Positions 18,063 through 27,420 are shown, numbered from the stretch's first letter. The stretch: DNA of 29,866 bases from Candidatus Thorarchaeota archaeon (GCA_020348985.1 CP070761.1:600388-630253), one strand, 5' to 3'. The notes: generated by a model not told the origin, from the sequence alone. Made by a program: numbers and translations.

Positions 18063-18186
18063 CCTCTTATCGACTGGTGCAGACTTTGCTAGTAGTGTAA
18101 CCATGGCTTTGATTTATCCATTGTCATGGATATCTCCTTAGGCAATCCTCGAGTAGGTCCAATCCCCTTCTTGCACCACAAGAGAA

Positions 18187-18250
18187 TGCATGCTGTCGTC
18201 GCCCTTCCTAGGAGAGAGCTAGGAGGATACAGATGCGACGACAACATGCA
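18187..18250 (-). other. Long stem-loop upstream of Lrp gene (candidate structured RNA/cis-element)
   Basis: 16-bp arms 18187-18202 and 18235-18250 (15 Watson-Crick pairs + 1 G-U on the minus strand), with inner stem CCTCCTAG/CTAGG(A)AGG. Confidence 0.55.
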
Positions 18251-18382
18251 GTACTATTCTGGTATCATTGTATATGTAATCAAGTCTGGACAGTATTGCG
18301 GAAATCGGGTCAAAATGGTCCGGAATCGACCGAAAAACGCAGACACCTGTCATTTGACTATTCTCTCCAATCTTCAGCTATT

Positions 18383-18862
18383 TCACAAGTCTTGAAGTAT
18401 GCTCCCAAGCTCTCTTCCTATTTCGACGAATCTTTCTTCTTCATTTTGTCTCAAGGGTCCTTCTCTGCCACTGACGATCGCAGACTCACGTTCTCTTATG
18501 ATTCTCAGTTTCATTCTTCTTAGCTTTCCCTGGATTCTTCTCGCAGCGCTATTCTCAAGAAACCACCAGCGCCTCTTGTTCATTCTGGATTGGGCTCTTG
18601 TGTCGAAGGCGAAGCCAGCCTTGCCTTTTAGGTCAATGTGCTTGATTTTCTGAAGGAATTCTTTCATGCCTTTGGACAATCCAATCATGTGGGTAGGGCC
18701 TCCGACGGCAAGAAAGTCATAGCCAGCAACCTCACTGACTACAACTTCCTGAGTGCCTAAGAGAACAACCTCTATTCCTGCTTCTTCGAGCCCTCTCCCA
18801 AGGGATTCTGCTATTGATCTTGTATTGCCAAACATAGAATGATAGACAAGAAGCGCCCGCAT
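18383..18862 (-). CDS. Flavodoxin family protein
   Basis: LVYHSMFGNTRSIA, YDFLAVGGPTH, GFAFDTR, GREGPL. Confidence 0.93.
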   Translation of the reverse strand: MRALLVYHSMFGNTRSIAESLGRGLEEAGIEVVLLGTQEVVVSEVAGYDFLAVGGPTHMIGLSKGMKEFLQKIKHIDLKGKAGFAFDTRAQSRMNKRRWWFLENSAARRIQGKLRRMKLRIIRERESAIVSGREGPLRQNEEERFVEIGRELGSILQDL

Positions 18863-19335
18863 TATCTCACACCTTCACCACGAATCAGCTGTATGACTTC
18901 AACCACTATGGCAAGTGCTACTCCAATTCCAACTCCTGCCCCCATGCCAATGAACATCTCGATGTCAATTCCTCCAAGGAGTCCGATGGCCATTCCCCCT
19001 ACCACGCCCATGAGTACCCACTGGCCTGTGCGTCTAGCCCGTTTCAATTTCAGGGTTAAGACCAGCCCTATCACGGACGCTACAGAAAGTATTGCAGTAC
19101 TGAGTGGTACGAATGAGCAGTGTGAAACGTATCCGAGCAAGTTGGGCCTAGTTGAACCCCACGCCAGAAGGTCGGTGGGTATTGCTGTCCAAATCGCTGC
19201 AGCAAAACTGCCAACTGTCAACGATATCAAAAATGCCCAAACAAGAGCGTAGCCTAGAATCCGGAGTAGATGTCCTACTCCCCTCTTATGATTTGATTCC
19301 TGTGTTTTCGCAACGAATTCTGAACTAGTTTCCAT
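18862..19335 (-). CDS. Hypothetical membrane protein
   Basis: ~4 TM segments and PNLLGYVSHCSFVP loop. Translationally coupled to both neighbours. Confidence 0.85.
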   Translation of the reverse strand: METSSEFVAKTQESNHKRGVGHLLRILGYALVWAFLISLTVGSFAAAIWTAIPTDLLAWGSTRPNLLGYVSHCSFVPLSTAILSVASVIGLVLTLKLKRARRTGQWVLMGVVGGMAIGLLGGIDIEMFIGMGAGVGIGVALAIVVEVIQLIRGEGVR

Positions 19336-20011
19336 AGTTTTTCAAACCTCTATCTATGATATTGAACAAGACATTCAGGTATTCCCTGGTCTTCTCCCTT
19401 GGCTCTTCGCCGGACATTCCTCGAACAACCAACTCTCTTATTGCCCCACCAATAGTACTGAGAGCCATTATTACAGAGAATGGGTCAACCTTGCCCTCAA
19501 CACCTGAGGCCTTCATGGTCTCCACTATCACGTCTGTCATCAGCCTCTCGACTTTTAGCTGGTGATGCCTGAACTCCTTCTCGCTCTCTGCGAGAAGTTC
19601 GTTTGCTTCCTCCTTCTTAATGAGTCCCCTAATGACTAGGCCCAAGCGCCCTGATTCAAACAGCCCCGCCTGATCGGGGTATCGCTCGACAAATGTAAGA
19701 TATGCATCGCCCATTGACCTTAGTTCGTAATTCACGCCAGGTTGGCTCAAGTAAGTGTCAAGAACCTCAAACAGATTCTCATAGGTCCTTGCTACTGCCC
19801 CAATGTAGAGCTCCTCTTTCGAGTCGAAGTAGTTGTAGATGGTGGCCTTTGTATAGCCTGCCTCCTTCGCAATTTGCTCTACCATGGTCTGCTCATATCC
19901 CTCTTTGATGAAGAACCGCATTGCGGTCTCGATGATGGCATCTCGACGCTGCTTTCGTTCACGCTCAAGTCTCTGTTCCTTGGAAGTCTTGGACGTGTCT
20001 TGATTGTTCAT
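19325..20011 (-). CDS. TetR/AcrR family transcriptional regulator
   Basis: RRDAIIETAMRFFIKEGYEQTMVEQIAKEAGYTKATIYNYFDSKEELY. Confidence 0.96.
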   Translation of the reverse strand: MNNQDTSKTSKEQRLERERKQRRDAIIETAMRFFIKEGYEQTMVEQIAKEAGYTKATIYNYFDSKEELYIGAVARTYENLFEVLDTYLSQPGVNYELRSMGDAYLTFVERYPDQAGLFESGRLGLVIRGLIKKEEANELLAESEKEFRHHQLKVERLMTDVIVETMKASGVEGKVDPFSVIMALSTIGGAIRELVVRGMSGEEPREKTREYLNVLFNIIDRGLKNYGN

Positions 20012-20029
20012 GTCGATTCTCCTCTCTGT

Positions 20030-20067
20030 ATTTGACTCAAGTCAAATTGATTATACTTGAGTATAAT
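20030..20067. promoter_or_regulatory. Twin palindromic operators (probable TetR sites)
   Basis: ATTTGACT-CA-AGTCAAAT (20030-20047) and ATTATACT-TG-AGTATAAT (20050-20067). Each has perfect 8-bp arms; centres are 20 bp apart. Confidence 0.8.
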
Positions 20068-20115
20068 AATGTTATCTTCAACGCTATTGCCCTCAGCAGC
20101 TGTTAGACGATTGTT

Positions 20116-21303
20116 TCAGATAGACTCTCTTGGAGGGCTCAGAATTGTCAACAACAGAATGAATGCGACAAGAGCAAGTAGAGCTCCTATTATGAAAAGC
20201 AGGTCGAGGCCCCACTGAACATAAAGCGCTCCGGATAAGACTGGACCGATGCTCTGGCCAAGCCGGAGCACCATGCCGTTGAGTGACATAACGGCTCCTC
20301 TATTCTCAAGGCTGGCCTGTCCTGCGAGTAGAGTGTGCACACTTGGTATGTTGATTCCAATGGCCGCTCCAACGATCATAACTGGTAAGAGTATAGTCCA
20401 GATGTTTGTGACAAGCGGGACCAGGAGTAGTGAGACCCCAAAGAGGATGAATGAGGCTCTCACCAACCATACCGTAGAGGTAACTCGTGTCAGTTTTGGC
20501 ATCTGTGATGACACGACGGCTGTTATTACTGATGCCGCAGACATCACTAGCCCAATTATGAAGCTAGAGACCCCAAAGGATGAATCAAGGAAAATGGGGA
20601 TGTATGTCATATAGGGTCCGTATAGAACAACGAAGGTCATCGTACTCGCAAAGAAGAGTCCTATCACCAATGGATTCTTGATTTCATGCCAGGCCCCTCG
20701 TAGGTAAGCCGTCATCTGCTCAGGAGCTTTGGGTTCAGGACTATCCAAGGAAAACAGGACGATTAGGCCAATGGGTACTGCGAATGAGGGCAGTAAAAAG
20801 GGGAAGTTCCAGCCGATGGTGGCAAGAAGACCGCCGATTGCTGGATAGCCTGCTGTTCCAATACTTAAGACGCTTGCATTGTATCCCATTGCGGCGTTTC
20901 TGTCTGCTCCCGAAAACAGATCGCCAATGATTGTCACGTTGAGAGATCCCAAGGATGCTGCTCCAATTCCTTGGAAGAATCTGAGAACTAACAATATATC
21001 GAAGTCACTCGCGAGAAAGCAGAGACTCCCTGCCACCCCAAACAAAAGAAGACCTGGAACGAGAATCTTCTTTCTTCCAAATCTATCTGCCAGAATGCCT
21101 AGAAGAAGTGTCAATAGAACTCCTGGAATCGTGAATGCAGTGATAAGCAGTCCTACAGACTCAGTCGAAATGCCTAGTTCTTGGACAATCCTTGGAAAGG
21201 CTGGAGTAATGCTCGATACCCCGAGAACGGCCATCAACGTGACTGAGAAAACTATCTGGAGACTCCTGTTCAGGTACAATCTAGAACTAGCGCCTTCGTG
21301 CAT
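20116..21303 (-). CDS. MFS transporter (DHA1-like drug/H+ antiporter)
   Basis: Motif A GILADRFGRKKIL, LRFFQGIG, PAIGGLLA; ~12 TM. Confidence 0.95.
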   Translation of the reverse strand: MHEGASSRLYLNRSLQIVFSVTLMAVLGVSSITPAFPRIVQELGISTESVGLLITAFTIPGVLLTLLLGILADRFGRKKILVPGLLLFGVAGSLCFLASDFDILLVLRFFQGIGAASLGSLNVTIIGDLFSGADRNAAMGYNASVLSIGTAGYPAIGGLLATIGWNFPFLLPSFAVPIGLIVLFSLDSPEPKAPEQMTAYLRGAWHEIKNPLVIGLFFASTMTFVVLYGPYMTYIPIFLDSSFGVSSFIIGLVMSAASVITAVVSSQMPKLTRVTSTVWLVRASFILFGVSLLLVPLVTNIWTILLPVMIVGAAIGINIPSVHTLLAGQASLENRGAVMSLNGMVLRLGQSIGPVLSGALYVQWGLDLLFIIGALLALVAFILLLTILSPPRESI

Positions 21304-21407
21304 CGATGAGGAACTGAAAAACCTAGGTACCTTATCTCTTTAGTGAGAAACAATCCTTCGATTGCCTATCGTGACATCTTTATTCAGCCAAGCTGAGAGC
21401 ATGTGCT

Positions 21408-22223
21408 ATGAAGCTACGAAAGTACTTCGAGGCCAATCAGAAATTGTGGGACGAGTTTGCCAAGATAAACTACGAAGCTGAGTCCTACAGGACAAAGGAG
21501 TTTCTCCAGGGTGCGACTACGCTCAAGTCCATCGAGCTTGAGGAACTGAGAGATGTCAAAGACAAGACACTGCTTCATCTACAATGTCACTTCGGACTTG
21601 ACACGCTTTCTTGGGCACGCGAGGGAGCGAAGGTTACAGGTGTTGACTTCTCTGGAGAAGCCATCAGATTGGCGAAGCAACTCGTCGAGACGACTGGAAT
21701 TGAAGCCAAGTTCATTCAAGCGAACATCTACGACCTGCCTGATGTTCTTGACGAGCAGTTCGATATTGTGTTCACCTCATATGGCGTTCACTGTTGGTTG
21801 AATGACCTCAACCGTTGGGCCGAGATAGTAGCCCATTTCTTGAAACCCGGAGGCACTTTCTACATCGCTGAGTTTCATCCCTTCCTTTGGGTCTTTGATT
21901 GGGATGCCCAAGATTTCGAAATAGTTAGGTCGTACTTCCACAGTCCTGAACCTCTCATGGAAAAGGTTGATGGATCCTATGCCGACTCGAGCGTGAGAAT
22001 GGAGCCTACTGAGGATTATGAGTGGGCCCATGGGATTGGTGATGTGGTCACATCCCTTTGCAGCGCAGGATTACGGATTCAGTTTCTCCATGAATTTCCC
22101 ATGATGTGTTTTCCGAATTTCCCCTTCTTGAAGAAGCGAGAGGATGGGTACTGGTACTACGATAATCCAGATGTGCAAATGCCGTTGACATATTCGATCA
22201 AGGCGGTCAAGGACAATCGTTAG
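21408..22223 (+). CDS. Class I SAM-dependent methyltransferase
   Basis: LLHLQCHFGLDTLSWAREGAKVTGVDFS, FDIVFTSYG, LKPGGTFYIAEFHP. Confidence 0.94.
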   Translation: MKLRKYFEANQKLWDEFAKINYEAESYRTKEFLQGATTLKSIELEELRDVKDKTLLHLQCHFGLDTLSWAREGAKVTGVDFSGEAIRLAKQLVETTGIEAKFIQANIYDLPDVLDEQFDIVFTSYGVHCWLNDLNRWAEIVAHFLKPGGTFYIAEFHPFLWVFDWDAQDFEIVRSYFHSPEPLMEKVDGSYADSSVRMEPTEDYEWAHGIGDVVTSLCSAGLRIQFLHEFPMMCFPNFPFLKKREDGYWYYDNPDVQMPLTYSIKAVKDNR

Positions 22224-22230
22224 AGGCACT

Positions 22231-23421
22231 TCACTGCCTGAGACTTCTTAGGCGAATTAGATATGCAAGAGAACCCACAACTATTACCGCGGCAGGAATC
22301 ATCAAAACTCCAAGTGGAAACTCTGGTGGCGGCGCTCCAGTAGTTGTAGTTGTGTTGGTCGTTGTAGTTGTGTCTGTGTGTGTAGTCGTTGTATCGATTT
22401 CACTCAAGTCGGTCCATGTGTTGTTCTCATATGAGTAGGCCCACGTATCATTGAAAGTGCCTCCATAGTCCGTTCCCATACCACCGTACAGAACCACGAT
22501 TTCGAAGGCCGGAACAAACGCCAGTCCCGTGTTTATTCTTCCTCGTGGCGATGAGTCAGGTCCTGGGTCAGTCCAGCTGCTCGATTGTGCGTCGAATATC
22601 CACGTTCCATCAACAGAGGTGTCACCTACCTGCCCTCCAAATAGGATACTCTTGTGATTCACCGGATCGTAGACCATAGAGGGCCACTTGAGTCGATCTG
22701 GATTGCCCATGGTAGTGATTCTAGTCCATGTATCGGATGAGACATCAAATGTCCAAGTATCATCCTGGTGGCCCTGAAAGGCTGTGTTCCCACAACACAT
22801 GACAATCTGCGCGATTGTTTCATCATAGGTCATTACGTGTCCGTATCTGTCGAGCGGCATGGTCGAAGGCTGGAGCTCAGTCCACTCACGAGAAGAGACA
22901 TCGAACTTCCAGATGTCACCCGCCAACTCTCCGCCCGCTCCAAAGCCACCATAGAGAATCACCGCATTGTTTTGAGAATCATAAGCCATGGCGTGCGAAT
23001 AGTGTACTCCCGGATTGGCATCCGTTTCCACTTCAGACCAGGTCTGCGTTTGACAATCGAACGACCACGTATCGGTTGCTTGACCTCCTCCATAGAGGAT
23101 AATTTCGTTTGTCGCGTTAGCATAGACCATTCCGAGGTTTGATCGACTGCTTGGGGATGGCGTCGTTGACAACTCCGTCCAATTGCTTGACTCATACGTA
23201 TACAACCAAGTGTCACTCAGGGAATGATAGCCACCCTCAAAGCTGTAACCCCCAAACAGCACTACCACATCGTTGTGTGGATCGTAGACCATTGCATGCC
23301 CAGCCCTTTCGCCAGGGTTGACCGTGGTCTGTGTCAATATGGATCTCACCGGGAGAGTGGAATGACCTAGACAACTTAGTGAGAAGACCACTATTAGAAC
23401 AAGAGCGGTGCGGCGCATCAC
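22231..23421 (-). CDS. Membrane-anchored Kelch-repeat beta-propeller surface protein
   Basis: Signal peptide and six repeats (R..HAMVYD....VVLFGG....DTW.Y....W), then a poly-Thr stalk, PPPEF, TM helix and basic tail. Confidence 0.93.
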   Translation of the reverse strand: MMRRTALVLIVVFSLSCLGHSTLPVRSILTQTTVNPGERAGHAMVYDPHNDVVVLFGGYSFEGGYHSLSDTWLYTYESSNWTELSTTPSPSSRSNLGMVYANATNEIILYGGGQATDTWSFDCQTQTWSEVETDANPGVHYSHAMAYDSQNNAVILYGGFGAGGELAGDIWKFDVSSREWTELQPSTMPLDRYGHVMTYDETIAQIVMCCGNTAFQGHQDDTWTFDVSSDTWTRITTMGNPDRLKWPSMVYDPVNHKSILFGGQVGDTSVDGTWIFDAQSSSWTDPGPDSSPRGRINTGLAFVPAFEIVVLYGGMGTDYGGTFNDTWAYSYENNTWTDLSEIDTTTTHTDTTTTTNTTTTTGAPPPEFPLGVLMIPAAVIVVGSLAYLIRLRSLRQ

Positions 23422-23532
23422 AGATTCACATCATTTTGTCTACTTCAGAATCAAAGGCACCCCGCTCAGCTGCAATATAGAGATGCGTTACAGCGCAATG
23501 ACTGTTCTGACTTTTGGCTTCTCGCAAGTGAA

Positions 23533-24204
23533 CTACAGATGAATCTCCGTCACCTTGTTTCTAGCAGGAAATGCCACATTGATGACTCGTGAACGACCAA
23601 CTGTTGTCTCTGGTTGGTCTGTACCATGAACGTGGCCGTGTAGCACCAAGTCTGGTTGTGTTCTCTCGACTGCTCTTGCGACCCACCACGAGAATGAATC
23701 GGAGTCGGATTCTGATTGAGAAGGCAGCAATGGGTTGTAGTGCATGAGAAGAATGGTGAATGATGCGTTCTTCGAAACCTCATCTAGAAGCTCAGAAATG
23801 TGGTCCGATCGTTTTTCGAAGGCCTCACGAATCTTTTCTATGTCGACTTCAGAAGATTTTCTTCTGACTATTGCCGGTGCTCCAACGACTCCAATCGTAA
23901 TCCCATCCAAATCCAAACTGCAGGCCGAATCATCAAGGAATCTTATTCGATCTCCGACAAGTTCTAGGATTTCGTCCCTCACTCTCACATGTTCCTCGTT
24001 GCCAAAACATGATACGATGGGAATATCAGCCCCCGTTCGAGATTCTATTGCTTCAACGATGTTGAGATACTCTCGGGGCTTTCCAAAGTTTATCATGTCG
24101 CCGGCAAGTAGCATCAAATCAACCGTCCCAAGATCCGACAGCGAACGTCTGAATTCGCTGAGGTAACGTGGGCCATGAACATCTGCGACAGCCGCGATTT
24201 TCAA
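23533..24204 (-). CDS. Calcineurin-like metallophosphoesterase
   Basis: ADVH, AGD, GNEE (variant of GNHD/E), MHY, HGHVH. Confidence 0.9.
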   Translation of the reverse strand: MKIAAVADVHGPRYLSEFRRSLSDLGTVDLMLLAGDMINFGKPREYLNIVEAIESRTGADIPIVSCFGNEEHVRVRDEILELVGDRIRFLDDSACSLDLDGITIGVVGAPAIVRRKSSEVDIEKIREAFEKRSDHISELLDEVSKNASFTILLMHYNPLLPSQSESDSDSFSWWVARAVERTQPDLVLHGHVHGTDQPETTVGRSRVINVAFPARNKVTEIHL

Positions 24205-24352
24205 GTTGCGTTCTCCAGTCAGCCGTGTCCTTTCTCCTCCTCAAATCATTTGTGTGGTATGGACAACAGGGCCCGTCCCTAGCTGAAGGAATCGCCGCAT
24301 GAAACTTCATTTCTGAATAATGCTTTAATCGAGCGGCGCGCTTGACGCTAGT

Positions 24353-25096
24353 ATGAGTAGGGTCTATTTGAATCGGATTAGGGCTGTGATATTCGACTTA
24401 GGAGAGACCCTGTATGAGCCGCCAACGTTAGGTGCAGGCTACTACCAGTATCACCTCACGATGTCTCGCAAGCTGCTAGGTGAGGACTTCTACTTCCCTG
24501 AAGAACAATACAAAAAGGCGGATGCCGTGGCCTACGAACAGGTAGCCAGAAGGCTAGTTGAGGAAGGTGTTGGTCCCGAATACGAGATAACAAAACAGGA
24601 CTGGGTGGAGTATGATACTGCTATTCTGAAAGGGTTTGGTGTGACGGGAGATCTAGAAAGACTCGGTCGAAAATACCAAGATTTGTGGGAGGCGTTTGAA
24701 GAAACGTACACCCCTGTTCTCAAACCCGACACTAGAGGAGTGCTTGAGGGATTGAGTGACCGAGGATATAGACTTGGTCTAGCCACAAACTGGAGTGATC
24801 CAAGTGAGCAATTGCGTAAGGATGGCATTCTGGACTTCTTTCAGAGCGTCCAGTATTCACTGGTGCCCGGATACAGCAAACCATCTCCGTATATGCTTTT
24901 CAGGAATGCTCAGGTTCTAGGCCTCAATCCAAGAATGTGTGCCTTTGTAGGCAATAGCATCCGAGTGGATATAGAAGCTGCAAGAAGAGCAGAAATGCTT
25001 CCAATCCTGCTGCTGCAGGTGTATCATGAGCGCCCAATTGATGATGGTCTGATTGGAATAGAACGCCTGGCTGATCTGCTGGACATCTTTCAGTGA
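24353..25096 (+). CDS. HAD-superfamily hydrolase (subfamily IA)
   Basis: IFDLGETL, LATNW, SKPSP, FVGNSIRVDIEAA. Confidence 0.9.
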   Translation: MSRVYLNRIRAVIFDLGETLYEPPTLGAGYYQYHLTMSRKLLGEDFYFPEEQYKKADAVAYEQVARRLVEEGVGPEYEITKQDWVEYDTAILKGFGVTGDLERLGRKYQDLWEAFEETYTPVLKPDTRGVLEGLSDRGYRLGLATNWSDPSEQLRKDGILDFFQSVQYSLVPGYSKPSPYMLFRNAQVLGLNPRMCAFVGNSIRVDIEAARRAEMLPILLLQVYHERPIDDGLIGIERLADLLDIFQ

Positions 25097-25113
25097 AGCC
25101 CTATGTTTGCTCT

Positions 25114-25446
25114 CTAGCCTTTCCAGTCCCTCCGAGGTGTCACCCTAATGCGCTCGGTCTCTTCAGGCTCTTCATAGATTTCTGACCACTGATCGGGAGT
25201 CAACATCTCCCTCAGTTTCTCCTTGCCTCCCTTCTTCATTCGCTCACTGGTATGGACCATCCTCTTCACTTTCACAGGCACATCTGGGTCGTCGTATTCG
25301 TCTTTCTCATACTTGCGCAGAGTAATCTCCATGTACTCGTGAAGATGCTCCAGCTGCTCCTCAATAGCATCTCGCTCCTTATCCAACTTGTAGAACTCTT
25401 CGCAAATCTTACGCATCTCTTCCTCGAATTTGTCCTGAAGGCTCAT
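25114..25446 (-). CDS. Hypothetical charged protein with N-terminal coiled coil
   Basis: 110 aa, E/K-rich. GGAG upstream of ATG. Confidence 0.75.
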   Translation of the reverse strand: MSLQDKFEEEMRKICEEFYKLDKERDAIEEQLEHLHEYMEITLRKYEKDEYDDPDVPVKVKRMVHTSERMKKGGKEKLREMLTPDQWSEIYEEPEETERIRVTPRRDWKG

Positions 25447-25478
25447 GTTTTCTATCGCTCCTGAGAGCCCGCTTCTTG

Positions 25479-25666
25479 ATGAAATACCGACTAATCAGTA
25501 TGACGGGAGAATGATTCTGGTGGTTTTGCTGCCAATCGGGACTGCAACTTTAGTAAATGCTCCCACACTAAACCTGGGTTTGCTGGTGAACCTAGGCTAG
25601 ATTGGTATCGCAATTGGTTTCATGGGGTTCTACATGATTGCGGAGGCACTCTTTGGTGAGAGATAG
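25479..25666 (+). pseudogene. Degraded small two-helix membrane protein gene (in-frame TAG, possible frameshift)
   Basis: ATG 25511 reads MILVVLLPIGTATLVNAPTLNLGLLVNLG*IGIAIGFMGFYMIAEALFGER* with TAG at 25598. The upstream segment MKYRLISMTG (ATG 25479) is out of frame. Confidence 0.45.
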
Positions 25667-25701
25667 ATTCGGATCGATTGCTGGCTATCAAAGACTCCTT
25701 G

Positions 25702-26283
25702 TTAGACTCCAACGTATGCCCGTGACGTTCTTGCAAAGCCATTGGCTATCACTATAATCAGCAGAATCATCGCTATAGCTGAGAAATCTGTTGCAGAGTA
25801 GACAAGAACCAAGGATGTCAGGGCCACAGTTGCCAAGCCAATCACAAGCTGAAGGATTCGTGCCCACTGAAACACGTCCTTTTCGATTATTCCAATCAGA
25901 ATCCTAGCCAATCCCATTACCATCCAAGCGATCCCGAGGATAATCACAAGATAGCCTTCAGGGAGAGAAATATTGAAGATAATCAATGATGCCGCTCCAA
26001 TCCCAAGGAGCCCTGCAGCAAGATTGACAACACGACGCGGAGTACCTTTTGCCCTGACCGCCGCCGCTCTTGCGAATCGAGCTAGCCCTACCATGAATAG
26101 CGCAATTGTAAGGAGAATGATGATTGCAACATTGGACGGCATAAGGCCAACCAGAACGAAAAAAGCAATAGAAAGGGCTCCTACAAGAAGGTCAACGACT
26201 CGCAGCCAGCCCGGGATGATTACCTGCTCTACATCCGTGTCAGTGGTCAAACTGTTCATCAATCTTCTCTTGCTTCCTTCCAA
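25702..26283 (-). CDS. HdeD/DUF308-like membrane protein
   Basis: Six hydrophobic helices in repeated pairs (WLRVVDLLVG... / WARILQLVIG...). Start at 26283 (TTG) or 26259 (ATG). Confidence 0.8.
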   Translation of the reverse strand: MEGSKRRLMNSLTTDTDVEQVIIPGWLRVVDLLVGALSIAFFVLVGLMPSNVAIIILLTIALFMVGLARFARAAAVRAKGTPRRVVNLAAGLLGIGAASLIIFNISLPEGYLVIILGIAWMVMGLARILIGIIEKDVFQWARILQLVIGLATVALTSLVLVYSATDFSAIAMILLIIVIANGFARTSRAYVGV

Positions 26284-26445
26284 TTATGGTGCTCATTGTA
26301 AGGTTTTCAGGAATTCGCCCATAAGGTTGTTGCTCTCCTGCTATCGTGACGTCCTCTGCCATAGGCTCACCAACCAAGGTGTATAATGGGAAAAGATGAA
26401 AAATGCCGTAGAACTCTGAGATTCGCTCGTTAATGAGGCGAAACT

Positions 26446-27141
26446 ATGAACAGTAATGACTGGAATTCCATAGGCTGGCTTGAGGGGGCCAGAAGACTTG
26501 TGGCTTGGATAGATAGCCTTCCTCTCGAAAGTCGAATCATGTTGCTCATTCGTCACTCTCACCGTGAGGCTATCGAAGACCATGATGCTCAATTGAGTAC
26601 AGAACTTACTGATCTTGGCCGCCGAATGTCATTCGAGATGGGTAAAAGATTGCCCGTGGATAGGAAGTCACTCTTCTTCTTCAGTTTCGTTAACAGATGC
26701 TATCAGACTGCGGATGAAATGGCAAAGGGCATTAGAGAGACTGGGGGCGACGTCATAGACCTTAATCCGCTTCCTCTTCTTGCAACCCCTGACATAGCCG
26801 ACAACAATGTGTGGGAAGAACTCCAGCCAGATGGCCGAAATATTGCTGAGTTTGTGAACAGATGGGCCGACGGGCGATTTGGCGATATGATAGAAGGCTT
26901 TGGGGAATACGGCGCCCGACTTCTGGAAGCTACAATTGGGAGATTGTCAGAGGCGGATGATGGTGTTATACATATTCATGTAACTCATGATCTTGCACTA
27001 ATGGCCGCCAAACGAACGCTACTAACAAGACCTGTTGCAATGAGTGACAGGGACCCCTTCCTTGGTGGCCTTGGAGTGGTCATTGGTGACGATCGAAAGA
27101 TGTTCCTGAGTAGTTCTGGAGAGGAACACATTATCCCTTGA
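26446..27141 (+). CDS. Histidine phosphatase (phosphoglycerate mutase) family protein
   Basis: LLIRHS, LTDLG, S...RCYQTA, HVTHD. Confidence 0.88.
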   Translation: MNSNDWNSIGWLEGARRLVAWIDSLPLESRIMLLIRHSHREAIEDHDAQLSTELTDLGRRMSFEMGKRLPVDRKSLFFFSFVNRCYQTADEMAKGIRETGGDVIDLNPLPLLATPDIADNNVWEELQPDGRNIAEFVNRWADGRFGDMIEGFGEYGARLLEATIGRLSEADDGVIHIHVTHDLALMAAKRTLLTRPVAMSDRDPFLGGLGVVIGDDRKMFLSSSGEEHIIP

Positions 27142-27165
27142 GTCCGTCACAAAGCAAAGAAAGGA

Positions 27166-27188
27166 CTGAGAGAAACGAGCCCTCTCAG
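27166..27188 (-). terminator. Hairpin terminator between convergent genes
   Basis: CTGAGAG-N9-CTCTCAG, followed on the minus strand by a U-rich tract (TCCTTTCTTTGCTTTG). Confidence 0.5.
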
Positions 27189-27213
27189 GTTTCTATAGCC
27201 AATCGTACAGTCT

Positions 27214-27420
27214 CTACCGTTTCCTGAGAAATACTACGAGAACGATTACGAGCACTACTACGCCGCCACCAATAGATATGAGAGTAATGTCGATGCCGCC
27301 CGTTGCCACTACATTGACTGTGAATGTTCCCCATACAGTATTGTCGAAAGTGTCAGTGCCCGTCACATTCAATCTGTATGTGCCGACTGCCAATACGACA
27401 GCATTTGTCACGACACCCTC
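27214..27420 (-). pseudogene. C-terminal remnant of an Ig-repeat surface protein (half repeat + TM anchor)
   Basis: GVVTNAVVLAVGTYRLNVTGTDTFDN aligns with GLLTNNTVLPIGDYGLRVSVWDVYGN of the 29199 protein. An in-frame TGA lies a few codons upstream and there is no signal peptide. Confidence 0.7.

Noticed and set aside
18187-18250. Hairpin as a SECIS element
   Set aside because: No AUGA/GA kink-turn core is evident, and no neighbouring gene has an in-frame UGA; MsrB uses Cys (RYCINS).
10996-22223. Four methyltransferases as a biosynthetic cluster or restriction-modification system
   Set aside because: They belong to unrelated small-molecule/protein families, are scattered on both strands, and lack DNA-MTase motifs (DPPY/NPPY/PC).
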